Of a DNA stretch of 64,000 nucleotides, positions 11,362 through 21,217 are shown one piece after another (position 1 is the first letter of the stretch; each line of letters begins with the position of its first letter). The translations under genes were made by a program, and so were the position numbers. Under the pieces are notes generated by a model. The model worked only from the letters and a program-made list of their open reading frames with translations. It made no database searches and was not told the DNA's origin. Source of the stretch: Acidobacteriota bacterium (lineage in GTDB: Bacteria; Acidobacteriota; UBA890; WLXD01); contig CBDBHB010000009.1 of assembly GCA_965205505.1 (NCBI GenBank), positions 1,792,001-1,856,000 of the forward strand, in the 5' to 3' direction.

Positions 11362-11884
11362 AATGAGCGCAGGCCTTCCAGTCAGAGGTTCAAATGCTAT
11401 GCCGCCGGCCTGGGAAGACGGGTTGCCGAGGAGGCGCGTCTCAAGTGTCACCCACGAACAAGTCGCTGTCGAACCCGCGCTCGACCGAGCCACTCAGCCT
11501 CGGCACGTGGCAGGATAATCTATCCGTGCGAGCATCGCCGACCAAGGCGTGCAGGAGAGATCCACACCTTGGTCATTGAACTCTGCGTGCTGCGGCTTGA
11601 CGTTGGCGTCAGCATCGATCAGGCGCGCCGTCTCGCCGGACCCGCATGGCGCTCCTTCCTGTTGGTGTACTCTTCCCGCCGTTTCTCCTAAGATACGGGC
11701 GTTGACCACATTGTGAATATTTTGGCTACTATGTGGAACAGTAGCACGAACGGTGGCGCGATTCCGGAGTGAACCGAGTCGCCTAGACAAGACGTGGTAC
11801 CAACCGGAGGTTAGGTCAGTGTCTGTAGGCAACATCGATGCGGCGCGTTCCGCTGCCGTGGCAGCCAAGGAGCAGCGGCAGCCG

Positions 11885-12862
11885 ATGCTCCTGCTAACGG
11901 AACGGGAGGTTCGTGACAGCGTCGATATGGCGCTCGCCATTGATGTTGTCGAGGGAGCGTTCAAGGCGCTGGAGCGCGACGAGGTCACACTGCCGCCGCC
12001 GATCGGCCTCGACATAGCTGCGGTCGACGCCGAGATTCATGTGAAAGGGGCGCACGTTCACGGTGCCGATCACTTTGTCTTCAAGATCGCATGCGGCTTC
12101 TACCGCAATCCGCAGATCGGGTTGCCCATGGCCAGTGGGCTGGTGCTCGCCTTCGACGCCAACAACGGTCGGCCTGCTGCTCTGCTGTTCGACAATGGCC
12201 ACCTCAGCGACATACGAACCGGTGCCGCCGGGGCAGTCGCAGCGCGGTATCTGGCGCCGCAGCAGGTTCGCCGCGTCGCCGTAATCGGTGCCGGCATTCA
12301 GGCACGCATGCAGCTTCGCGCGCTGGCCCAGGTACGCTCGATTCCCAGCGTGGCCATATGGAACAGGCACCCGGAGCGAGCGCAGCAATGCGCCACCGAG
12401 ATGACCGACGAGCTCGGCCTCGACATTCAAGTCGTTGACCGGATCGAAGACGCGGTTCAGGGCGCGAATGTGGTGCTTACGGTGACCGTCGCCCACGAGC
12501 CCTTGGTGCGCGCCGAGTGGATCGAGCCGGGTACGCACATCACCGCCGTCGGGTCCGATGGGCCGGAAAAGCAGGAGCTCGACGTCGAGCTGCTGCATCG
12601 TGCCGATCTCGTGGTCGCGGACCGGTTGTGCCAGTGCCTCGAGCTCGGCGAGATTCACCACGCCGTCGATGCTGGCCGATTGCGGCCTGAAGACTGCATC
12701 GAGCTCGGAGCCATTGTGGTGGGCAAGGCCCTGGGGCGTGAAACAGAGGAGCAGATCACGGTTGCGGATCTGACCGGCTTGGGCGTGCAAGACGCGGTTA
12801 TCGCCAGCGCGACATTGGCCGCCGCTCGTGAGAAGGGCTTCGGGACACCCATCCAGTCCTGA
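11885..12862 (+). CDS. Ornithine cyclodeaminase/mu-crystallin family protein
   Basis: LSDIRTGAAGAVAARYLA, IGAGIQARMQ, DLTGLGVQD. Confidence 0.92.
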   Translation: MLLLTEREVRDSVDMALAIDVVEGAFKALERDEVTLPPPIGLDIAAVDAEIHVKGAHVHGADHFVFKIACGFYRNPQIGLPMASGLVLAFDANNGRPAALLFDNGHLSDIRTGAAGAVAARYLAPQQVRRVAVIGAGIQARMQLRALAQVRSIPSVAIWNRHPERAQQCATEMTDELGLDIQVVDRIEDAVQGANVVLTVTVAHEPLVRAEWIEPGTHITAVGSDGPEKQELDVELLHRADLVVADRLCQCLELGEIHHAVDAGRLRPEDCIELGAIVVGKALGRETEEQITVADLTGLGVQDAVIASATLAAAREKGFGTPIQS

Positions 12863-12979
12863 CCCCAGGCAAGCAGCCGATCGGTGCACCGTAGCAGCTG
12901 CTGCAACACGGCACGGTCAACCTAGTCGCCCGAGCCTTCCGGTTGGTTGGCAATGCTCCAGTAAAGGAGAGATTCAAAG

Positions 12980-13735
12980 ATGGCCGGAGTTGAAGGAAGA
13001 GTGGCGTTGGTTACCGGCGCGGGCCGCGGCATCGGCAAGGCCACCACGGAGATTCTCACCGCGCGTGGGGCGCGCGTCATGGCGATCGCACGTTCAGAAG
13101 CGGAGCTGGTGGCTCTGGGCGTCGAGTACACCCTCGCTGATTTGGGCACGGTGGAGGGCTGCACGCTTGCCGTTGAAGAGACTACGGCAAGGCTCGGGCC
13201 GGTCGACATATTCGTGTGCAACCACGGAATCGGCTCAGCTCACGAGGTGGTGCTCTGGGAGCAGGACCCCGATGTCTGGTACGAATCCATGCGGATCAAT
13301 CTGGACGGGCCGTTCCATCTGTCCAGATTGTTGCTGCATGGCATGGTGAAACGGGGATACGGGCGCATGGTTTTCACCAGTTCGACTGCAGCCAACCTGG
13401 CCGAGCCAGCGGGCAGCGCCTACAACTGTTCCAAGACAGGTTTGCTGGGGCTGATGGGATCGGTTGCACAGGACGGCGGCGCCTTTGGTGTGACCTCGAA
13501 CGCCGTGCTGCCGGGCTGGGTCCGGACGGAGATGGCCGAGCGCTCAGCCAAGGCGGAAGCACTCGCCCGCGGTGTTTCACCGCAAGACATCTGGAAAGAG
13601 CGGGAGGCGATGTATCTGCCGGGCCGTGTGGTGAAGCCTGCGGAGGTGGCCGAGATGATCGCCTTCCTGGCTTCCGAGGAATCCAGCGGGGTCAGCGGCC
13701 AGGCGATCACTGTCGCCCTCGGGAACCCTTGGTAG
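12980..13735 (+). CDS. SDR family oxidoreductase
   Basis: TGAGRGIG, YNCSK catalytic motif, NAVLPGWVRT; AAGGAG RBS. Confidence 0.95.
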   Translation: MAGVEGRVALVTGAGRGIGKATTEILTARGARVMAIARSEAELVALGVEYTLADLGTVEGCTLAVEETTARLGPVDIFVCNHGIGSAHEVVLWEQDPDVWYESMRINLDGPFHLSRLLLHGMVKRGYGRMVFTSSTAANLAEPAGSAYNCSKTGLLGLMGSVAQDGGAFGVTSNAVLPGWVRTEMAERSAKAEALARGVSPQDIWKEREAMYLPGRVVKPAEVAEMIAFLASEESSGVSGQAITVALGNPW

Positions 13736-13788
13736 GAAGATCTTTTCCAGGTCCGACGACGGCCGAAAGCCCGCCAGGAGACCACCGG

Positions 13789-14147
13789 ATGAGAACTGTC
13801 GGTGTGTGGCGCACCTTCTGCGCCTCGATCGCGTTGATGAGCGCGATGCCGGCTTCGGTGGCTCAGGCGCAATCTCCTCCCATCGTGATCCGGGCAGAGA
13901 AGCTGTCCACGGTGGTGAACCCGCGCTTAACGCGGCGTGGGTTTTCCGAAACGGTGCCACCGAGACCGAAGCATTGAGGATGGTGACGCTCTATGCCGCC
14001 GAGATGATCGGCGTGGCCGACCTGGTGGGCAGCCTGGAGGTCGGAAAGGATGCCGATTTCATGGTCCTCGAGGGCCACCCCTTCGATTATCGCGCGTTGC
14101 CCCAGATGGTCTTCATCGATGGGAGGCTGGTCGTCGATGCGCGCTGA
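13789..14147 (+). pseudogene. Amidohydrolase remnant (signal peptide joined to the C-terminus, middle deleted)
   Basis: N-terminus MRTVG...AQAQSPPIVIRAEKLSTV abuts, out of frame, HGGE...EALRMVTLYAAEMIGVADLVGSLEVGKDADF...VFIDG. Confidence 0.8.
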
Positions 14148-14227
14148 CGTGAAGTAATCGTCGAAGGCCCGGGCATCGTGTGACCGACGTAAACAACCGA
14201 TTCATCCGCATCGAGGAGTTTCAACAA

Positions 14228-14865
14228 ATGAAAAAGTCACTCGTCATTTGTATAGCGCTGTTCCTGTGCGCCGGATCGGCCCTGGTCCAGGAGCCCGTCG
14301 ATCTCGACATGATCAACAAGATCCGGGACAAGGGCTTTAACCGGTCCCAGGTGATGGAAAAGCTTGCGCGTGCTGGCGGACGAAATCGGGCCGCGGCTGA
14401 CCGCAAGCCCGGGCATGCGGGCAGCCAGCAAATGGTCGGTTGACCAGTCACCGAGCCCCTCGTCAAAGCGGCCGATTACGACTTGTTGTCAGCCTATTTC
14501 AACCTCGACAACGGGTCCGGTAGGATCCGCGGAGTTTACGCTGAGGGTAACGCCGCCGCCCGAGCGATCGTTGAAGACTGGCTCGAGCCGTTTCATGATC
14601 TGGGCGCGACCCATGTCACGCTCAATAGAACCACCGGCACCGATCACGAGTCCTTCCAGCAGGTCGGCCTACCGGGCTTTCAGTTCATCCAGGACGCACT
14701 GGATTACGATACCCGCCTGCATCACAGCCAGCTCGATCTGTCTGACCATGTTTATGAAGACAACCTCAAGCAGGCGAGCGTCATCATGGCGAGCTTCCTG
14801 TATCACGCCGCATGCGTGACGAACGCATGCCCAGGAAGCCTGAGCCGGTGCCGTTCGCGAAGTAG
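14228..14865 (+). pseudogene. M28/carboxypeptidase Q-like peptidase remnant (large internal deletion plus frameshifts)
   Basis: EPVDLDMINKIRD.GFNRSQVM / LADEIGPRLTASPG joined to [15 protein letters not shown]...GTDH..F...[13 protein letters not shown]...HHS, spread over several frames. Confidence 0.85.
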
Positions 14866-14935
14866 CATCCCCGGATGTGCACCGGACGGCCGCGAATCGG
14901 TCGGATTTATCGAGGGAGTCAGGTGGTTGCGGCGG

Positions 14936-16297
14936 TCAACTTGCCTGCTTGGTGCCGTGCCATGATCCACGAGCCATGGCTCGAATGGCGTACACGATGA
15001 CCGAGGCGCCGATAAGCCCGGCGATGCTGATGGCTTCTTCGGCCGGCACTTGCAGGAGCAGCCAGCCGACGATGAGGCAGCTCAACAGCGGAATGAGCGG
15101 TCCGAATGGCAGTCGGAACTCGCCGGCTTTGGGCAGCCCGTCACGCTGGCGCAAGCGCAGCACGGCAAGGCTTACGCCGAGGTCGATGAGCAGCAGCGAC
15201 CCGGTGGCGAACACGGCCAGATACCTGAACGTGCCACTCAAGGCGAACGCGCACACGACAATTGCGAAGAAGGCCACGGCCAAATGCGGCGTCTTGTACT
15301 TCGGATGTACCTTCGACAGGAACCTCGGTAGGTTGCCATCGAGCGATGTTGCGAAGATCACCCGTGGGGCGCCCAGCATGTCCCCGCTGATGGCGCCGTA
15401 TATCGAAATGACAACCCCCGCCATCAGCATCGTGCCGCCCCAGCCGCCGAACACTTCGACCGCAACCGCCACCAGCGGCGCTTCAGTTTGGTTTGCAAGC
15501 TCCGGCCCGAGCACGCCCTGAGCCACCGTTTGTAACCCAATGTAAAGCACAAGAAGACCGCCGATCCCGATCAATAGCCCCATCGGCACGGTCTTCGATG
15601 GGTTCTTGATTTCTCCACTGGCGTTCAGAGCGCATTCCGCCCCGCTGAAGGCAAAAAACAGCATGATCGCGCCGGCTCCGATTTCTCCAACGGAAGGCCA
15701 TTCGGGGATCACAAGATGCTCCAAGTTGATGGCGAACAGCCCGGCGACCAACAGCAGTAGCAGCGGGACCAACTTGGCCAGCGTGTTGAACACGTACAGT
15801 CGCACACCCGCCACGACGCCCCTGATGTTCACGACGGCCATGAAGGTGAACAAGGCGATGATGAACACCGCACGAGCGATGCTGTTGCCAAGAATCGGAA
15901 ACGCGATGGTCATTACTTCAACCATGGCGACGGTGATTGCTGCATCCGCCAGAGCCGAGTAGCCGAACCAGAACAGTATCGACGCGATGAATCCGGCAAA
16001 CGGTCCGAACGCCACTTCGACATAGGCGTAGGAGCCGCCACTGCAGGTTATGCGGCTGCCGACTTCCGCGAAACACAGGAAGACCAACCCCACGGCGACC
16101 GAACAGACGAGGTAGGCAACAATCGCCGCAGACCCCAGCTCTGCTGCGATGCGGCCCGGCAGGACGAAGATCCCACCGCCGACCACCATGTTCACGACGC
16201 TGAGGCCAAGTGCGCCGGCTCCGATGACGCGCAGCAGCCCCTCACCTTGCGCCCTTCCAGGGCCGGCCGCTTTCGGCAATGCGCCGTCTCTTCTCAT
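14936..16297 (-). CDS. APC family amino acid permease
   Basis: [37 protein letters not shown]; about 12 transmembrane segments. Confidence 0.93.
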   Translation of the reverse strand: MRRDGALPKAAGPGRAQGEGLLRVIGAGALGLSVVNMVVGGGIFVLPGRIAAELGSAAIVAYLVCSVAVGLVFLCFAEVGSRITCSGGSYAYVEVAFGPFAGFIASILFWFGYSALADAAITVAMVEVMTIAFPILGNSIARAVFIIALFTFMAVVNIRGVVAGVRLYVFNTLAKLVPLLLLLVAGLFAINLEHLVIPEWPSVGEIGAGAIMLFFAFSGAECALNASGEIKNPSKTVPMGLLIGIGGLLVLYIGLQTVAQGVLGPELANQTEAPLVAVAVEVFGGWGGTMLMAGVVISIYGAISGDMLGAPRVIFATSLDGNLPRFLSKVHPKYKTPHLAVAFFAIVVCAFALSGTFRYLAVFATGSLLLIDLGVSLAVLRLRQRDGLPKAGEFRLPFGPLIPLLSCLIVGWLLLQVPAEEAISIAGLIGASVIVYAIRAMARGSWHGTKQAS

Positions 16298-16349
16298 CGG
16301 AGCTCGTACAGGACCCGATCGATCAACCAGAGATGCTCACGCAGCGGGC

Positions 16350-17327
16350 CTACGCAATGATTCGCTTGAACACTTCCAGGTCGATATTTCGTCCACAGGC
16401 CACTGCGACCACCTTCTTGCCCTTGAAGCGCTCTTTGTGCTTGAGGAGACCGCCAACCGCCAGGGCCCCCGAACCTTCGACCACCAATCGATGCTGCTCG
16501 AACAGAAGGCGGATGGAGTCTTCGATCTCTGCTTCGGTCAGCAGCATGATCTCATCCACATATCGCTGACACAGATCCAGCGTGATGCTGTCTAGATCCA
16601 CGCCGCCGGCGCAGGTGTCCGCCAGCGTTCGGAAGGTCTCCATCTCGACCATCTTGTTGGCTCGCATGGACTCATACATCACGGGGGAGTTCTCCGGCGA
16701 GACGCCGAAGGCCTCTATTGCGGGGTTGTGGGACTTGAGCCAGCCCGCTGACCCGGTCAGCAATCCCCCACCACCGCAGGCGAAGAGGGCGGCATCCAGG
16801 TCAGGAAGCTGTTGGGAGATCTCGTACCCGCAGGTTCCCTGTCCGCCGACCACGATGGGATCGTTGTACGGCGACACGTAGACCTTGCCGTCGTCTTCTG
16901 CAACGCGCCGGGACTCCTTCTCCGCGTCCCAAGCTCGTTCGCCGTGGATGACCAGGTCCAGGCCGTGGGACCGCAACAGCTCCAGACGTGATGGCTCGAG
17001 ATCCTCGCCCACGTAGATGGTGGCGCGGCGTCCTCGGATCCTCATGGCCTCGGCAACGGCCAAGGCGTAGTTGCCTGTCGAGGCCGAGACCACCCCACGG
17101 TCCAGTTCCTTTTCCGTTAGCGAGAGGATCTTGTTGATCGCGCCGCGGAACTTGAACGAGGAGGTTCTCTGCATCGAGTCCAGCTTGAGCCAGACATCGC
17201 CCTCGATCGCCTTGCTGAGGTACAAGGAGTACTCCAGAGGTGTGGGCGAGAGGTGGTCCTGGCACCTCTCGATGGCCTCCAGGACCAACTGGGGTACATC
17301 CAGCTGCTGTTGAACTTCGATAGTCAT
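16350..17327 (-). CDS. Threonine/serine dehydratase family PLP enzyme
   Basis: QRTSSFKFRGA, SASTGN, CGGGGL, VVEGSGA, CGRNID. Confidence 0.92.
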   Translation of the reverse strand: MTIEVQQQLDVPQLVLEAIERCQDHLSPTPLEYSLYLSKAIEGDVWLKLDSMQRTSSFKFRGAINKILSLTEKELDRGVVSASTGNYALAVAEAMRIRGRRATIYVGEDLEPSRLELLRSHGLDLVIHGERAWDAEKESRRVAEDDGKVYVSPYNDPIVVGGQGTCGYEISQQLPDLDAALFACGGGGLLTGSAGWLKSHNPAIEAFGVSPENSPVMYESMRANKMVEMETFRTLADTCAGGVDLDSITLDLCQRYVDEIMLLTEAEIEDSIRLLFEQHRLVVEGSGALAVGGLLKHKERFKGKKVVAVACGRNIDLEVFKRIIA

Positions 17328-17739
17328 GATCGTGACCTCGCTCGCGGTTGATCGCCCCGGCGAGCAGCGTTGACGTGAAGAGTGGCGTTGGCTCAGTGGG
17401 CGAGATCGTTCTCGGTCAGATTAGCTAGTGAGATGTAGGTGGAGGGTTGAATCCCTGAACCACGAACACATGGTTGGGCGTGTCTCGCGCCCAACTCAAG
17501 AAGATAAAGTCTCCACTGACTCGATCGAAGTCCGCACCCCACGCGCGTGGTGCCTGGCTGAGGAACTCGCGCCGGGTTCCGATTACAGGGTCTCCCTCTG
17601 AGTTTGCATCATAGACCGCGAGCTGCTCAGCCTCAGGGGCAACGAAATCCGGGCCCACCTGCACGCAATTTGCAAGACGCGTCGTTGACTCGACGGTACC
17701 CTCGGAGCAGCTCTTGTCTTCGCGGAGTCGGCCTCGTGG

Positions 17740-18933
17740 TCAGTCGTCGAGCAAGAGCTCGTGAGCCCGAGCACTGACGCGAACCACGTCCTGCACTGCT
17801 CCTTCGTCCATCAAGACGGCTTGCTCCGCGAGGTTCACCGTGGGGCACACATGCTTCGGCACCAGGTGCAAGGGCGTGCCGCGCGCCGGGCGCGCGCCGC
17901 TCGTCACGTGGAGCGGCAGGTGCTCTTCACTCGGCGGTTGCGCAACAAGGTGGTGATGCCCAATGACGAAGGCGCAGGGATCACCATCTTCCGCGGCGAT
18001 CGACTTCACTCCCGCGTCGCAGGTGACGAGCGCCGCGCTCGGGTGGCTGACCACGCGCGTGAACAGGGTGGCTGCGGGCGTGAGGGCGAGCTCGGGATTC
18101 GCCTGTTCGCCGTTCAAGTCGTGAAAGACGACCGTGCCCGGCGACATGCGGTGGCGTGTCTCCCCGAGCTCCGCGAAGCGCTCGAAGGCCAGGGCGTGTA
18201 GAAACGTCGGCGTGCCGCTGGTGATGATCTCGGGCACCGAATGTCCCGCAGACTCGAGCGCAGAGACAAGCTCGAGCAGTCTGTCGTAGCACTCGAAAGC
18301 TGCGCGCCTGCGATCCGCGCTGGCAAGATCGTACAGGTGCCCGTCGTAGAGGTGCACGCCGCGGAAGCGATCGCCTGCAGCCCGCGCGACGGCCAGGATC
18401 TCTTCGGCGTCGGCCATCGGTATGCCGGTGCGGTTCATGCCGGGGTTGACGTCGACGAACACGGACAGCTGTGGCGCAATCTCCGCGATGCGGCCCGGCT
18501 CCTCGCAAAGTACCGACAGACGCGTCTCGGGGTGTTGTTCGGCGATGCGGCCGAGGCGCACGAGGGCCGGGCCGACGAGCGGATAGGCGAGCAGGCAGTC
18601 GCCATCTTCGATGCCCTCTTGCCTGAAAGCGTCCGCCAGGAGCGCCGCCTCGCGGGTGGTCGCGCACTTGAAGTTGCGTACACCCATGCGCGCCACCTCC
18701 GCAAAGACCTGGGGGATCTTGGTGGTCTTGACATGTGGGCGCCAGCGATTGGCATCGCCGCCAGCGCAGTCGATCACGCGACGCAGGTTGTCGCGCACCT
18801 TGTCGAGGTGTACGACCAGCGCGGGGCTGAGCACGCGCCGAGCGAAGTCGTCCGGCAGGGCGTAATCGGACTCGTGGAGCGTTTCGAAACGGGTGGCAAC
18901 GCGCTGGACCGCAGGCTCCACACCGCTGCCCAT
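17740..18933 (-). CDS. D-threonine aldolase/DSD1-like PLP enzyme (alanine racemase fold)
   Basis: WRPHVKTTK, DVNPGMNRTG, HLYDGH, SEEH, HVCPTVNL. Confidence 0.9.
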   Translation of the reverse strand: MGSGVEPAVQRVATRFETLHESDYALPDDFARRVLSPALVVHLDKVRDNLRRVIDCAGGDANRWRPHVKTTKIPQVFAEVARMGVRNFKCATTREAALLADAFRQEGIEDGDCLLAYPLVGPALVRLGRIAEQHPETRLSVLCEEPGRIAEIAPQLSVFVDVNPGMNRTGIPMADAEEILAVARAAGDRFRGVHLYDGHLYDLASADRRRAAFECYDRLLELVSALESAGHSVPEIITSGTPTFLHALAFERFAELGETRHRMSPGTVVFHDLNGEQANPELALTPAATLFTRVVSHPSAALVTCDAGVKSIAAEDGDPCAFVIGHHHLVAQPPSEEHLPLHVTSGARPARGTPLHLVPKHVCPTVNLAEQAVLMDEGAVQDVVRVSARAHELLLDD

Positions 18934-18935
18934 GG

Positions 18936-19832
18936 CTACTCGACGACCGGATTCGTGAGGATGCCGAGTCCTTCGATCTCGACCTCCATCACATCGCCCG
19001 CGCGAAGGTAGACGGGAGGCTTGCGCGCGAAGCCAACGCCGGCGGGCGTGCCGGTGGCGATGACATCGCCGGGCTCTAGCGTTGTGAACGCGGAGAGACT
19101 CGAGATGAGCTCAGGCACCTGGAAGATCAGCTGGTCCGTGCTCGAGTTCTGCAGCGTCTCGCCGTTCAAGCGGAACTGGATCTGGAGGGAGTGCGGATCC
19201 GCAATCTCGTCGCGCGTAACGATGGTTTCGCCCGTCGGGCAGAACGTATCGTAGGACTTTCCACGCTGCCACTGTCCGTCGGCGAACTGGAAGTCGCGTG
19301 CGCTGACGTCATTGATATTCGTGTAGCCCAACACGTAGTTCATGGCGTCAGTCGTCGAAACGCGGGACGCGCGGCGACCGATCACGACACCGAATTCAGC
19401 CTCGTAGTCGACCTCGACGCTTCCAGAGGGGATGCGCACGTCGGCACCCGGGCCAACGACGCAGCTCGAGAACTTGGAGAACACGAGCGGGCTTGTGGGG
19501 ATGTCCATGCCGCTCTCTTCAGCGTGATCCCGGTAGTTCAGGCCGATGCAGATGACTTTGGACGGACGCGGGACCGGCGCGAGCAACTGAACGGAATGGC
19601 GCGCGATCAAGGCGCCCTGCGAGCGCAACGCAGCGGCGTTGGAATCGGCGCTGGCGACTAGCGCGATAACGGCAGCGTGAGCTGCGCTCGTTGTGTCGAA
19701 CCAGTCGAGGTAGCACTCAGGTCGCAGCAGGTCTGCGACTTCGCCCGATGCATCGAGAACTTCGTCGCCAACGAGGGCGCCGAATCGGGGAGTGTCGCCG
19801 CTAGCGGAGCGGAGGAAGCTGACGAGTCTCAA
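18936..19832 (-). CDS. Fumarylacetoacetate hydrolase family protein
   Basis: CIGLNYRDHAEE, DYEAE, NDVSARDFQ, GKSYDTFCP, GDVIATGTPAGVG. Confidence 0.95.
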   Translation of the reverse strand: MRLVSFLRSASGDTPRFGALVGDEVLDASGEVADLLRPECYLDWFDTTSAAHAAVIALVASADSNAAALRSQGALIARHSVQLLAPVPRPSKVICIGLNYRDHAEESGMDIPTSPLVFSKFSSCVVGPGADVRIPSGSVEVDYEAEFGVVIGRRASRVSTTDAMNYVLGYTNINDVSARDFQFADGQWQRGKSYDTFCPTGETIVTRDEIADPHSLQIQFRLNGETLQNSSTDQLIFQVPELISSLSAFTTLEPGDVIATGTPAGVGFARKPPVYLRAGDVMEVEIEGLGILTNPVVE

Positions 19833-19935
19833 GGGAGGTCCGTTCGGAGGAGTAGGGCGTGAAGCGCTCGCGGTGCGTGGACACCGACAACGAGGGTCAG
19901 TGCGATGTGCGCGGTTCGGGAGGGGCCTGTGGTCA

Positions 19936-20688
19936 TTAGATCACCAGTTCGGTGCGCAGGCTACGCACGTCCATTTCGAATTCGATGCCGATCACCGGCG
20001 GCCGGGTGTGATGCAGTCGAACAGCATGGCGACGTGCCGGGCCGAGTCGCTTCCAGAGAAGCTCGTTCAGTAGCAGGTCGACCGGGTGACAGGTATAGAC
20101 ATCCACCGCGTTGACCGATGCCCATGTGCCACCGAGTCCGGTCAGCCGTTCTTCCATAGCGTCCATGACGTGCGCTGCTTTCTCGAGCATGGCACGGGGA
20201 TCGACTTGACCCCGGCGGACAATGGCTGCCTCGTCGAGGCTGCCTTCCCGCAACTCTCCGGCGCCGGCGACCACCAGCGTCGCGGGCCGATCGGCCGCAG
20301 CCTCGACGGTGTAGGAAAAGGCGTGCAGCGTCACGTTACTCGGAGGGTCCTCGACCGGCGCGACATTGGTGCGGGCGACGGGATTCGCACCGTCAACGTA
20401 GAGATCCCAGGACGCGAGCACCTCACAGTATTCCCGGTTGAAGTCGATGAACCCCTGCATTGTGAAGGGTGCGGGTGACCGAAGCTCCATGCCGCAGAGG
20501 GCGTGGCGGTCTCTTGCCATTTCCCGCAGCTGCGTTTCGACGCGGTCAAAACCCGTCCGCCAGGGCAAGGGCTCGGCCAGCGTGGCACGCACGATCTCCC
20601 ACCCGTCGTCCGCGACGACACCGCACGAGTAGGGGGCAATGCCCTTGAGGAATCTGTAGTGCCCTTCGGGTTTGTGTATGAGCATCAT
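19936..20688 (-). CDS. CnbZ-like (2-amino-5-chloromuconate deaminase-like) protein
   Basis: YRFLKGIAPYSCGV, CGMELRSPAPFT..GF..FN..Y, NPVARTNVAP, RPPVIGIEFEMDVR. Confidence 0.75.
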   Translation of the reverse strand: MMLIHKPEGHYRFLKGIAPYSCGVVADDGWEIVRATLAEPLPWRTGFDRVETQLREMARDRHALCGMELRSPAPFTMQGFIDFNREYCEVLASWDLYVDGANPVARTNVAPVEDPPSNVTLHAFSYTVEAAADRPATLVVAGAGELREGSLDEAAIVRRGQVDPRAMLEKAAHVMDAMEERLTGLGGTWASVNAVDVYTCHPVDLLLNELLWKRLGPARRHAVRLHHTRPPVIGIEFEMDVRSLRTELVI

Positions 20689-20715
20689 GAATTACGAATC
20701 GTCACCGGACCACCG

Positions 20716-20831
20716 CCCAACTTGCCGTAACCAGGCCCGCCACACTTCCACCACGGGAGGGCCGACGCCGGAGGTGGCCAGTCCCGCGGCCACCCAGCAA
20801 TATGCAACGAACCTCTGTTACAGGAAACTAG
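20716..20831. mobile_element. Degenerate composite MITE remnant (family-1 end followed by a family-2 end) at the kal stop codon
   Basis: 20716-20756 matches the family-1 end (gccgtaaccag..ccacactt.caccacgg). 20800-20831 (atatgcaacgaacctctgttacaggaaactag) matches the family-2 TIR plus CTAG. Confidence 0.7.
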
Positions 20832-21217
20832 AGGCGCTTCTTGGTCTCGGGAACCACTGTCGTGCCTATGGCCCGACACACGAGGACAGGGTCCTTCAGC
20901 ACATCCGCGGCCGAATCGTTCACATCCGGCCGAATGCCGATGACCTTGTAGGCTTCGAATTCACAACGTCGCGACGTGTTACCGATCTTGATGATGCGGC
21001 CCTTGGCCTCGATAAAGTCGCCGCTGTAGACAGGGGCCAGAAACTCCACTTCATCGTAGCTGCGAAACAGGCCCTCATCGCCGTCCTGTTGGATGGCGAG
21101 CTCGGTGATCAAATCGCCGAAGAGCTCGAGCACCTTGGCGCCGGCTACCAGGGTTCCACCGTAGTGGGCATCGCGGGCTGACATGCGCACGCGCAACACT
21201 GCCTCTTTCGGCATCAT
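20828..21217 (-). CDS. kal: 3-aminobutyryl-CoA ammonia-lyase-like hotdog-fold protein
   Basis: [57 protein letters not shown]; overlaps the ligase stop codon (ATGA). Confidence 0.85.
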   Translation of the reverse strand: MMPKEAVLRVRMSARDAHYGGTLVAGAKVLELFGDLITELAIQQDGDEGLFRSYDEVEFLAPVYSGDFIEAKGRIIKIGNTSRRCEFEAYKVIGIRPDVNDSAADVLKDPVLVCRAIGTTVVPETKKRL

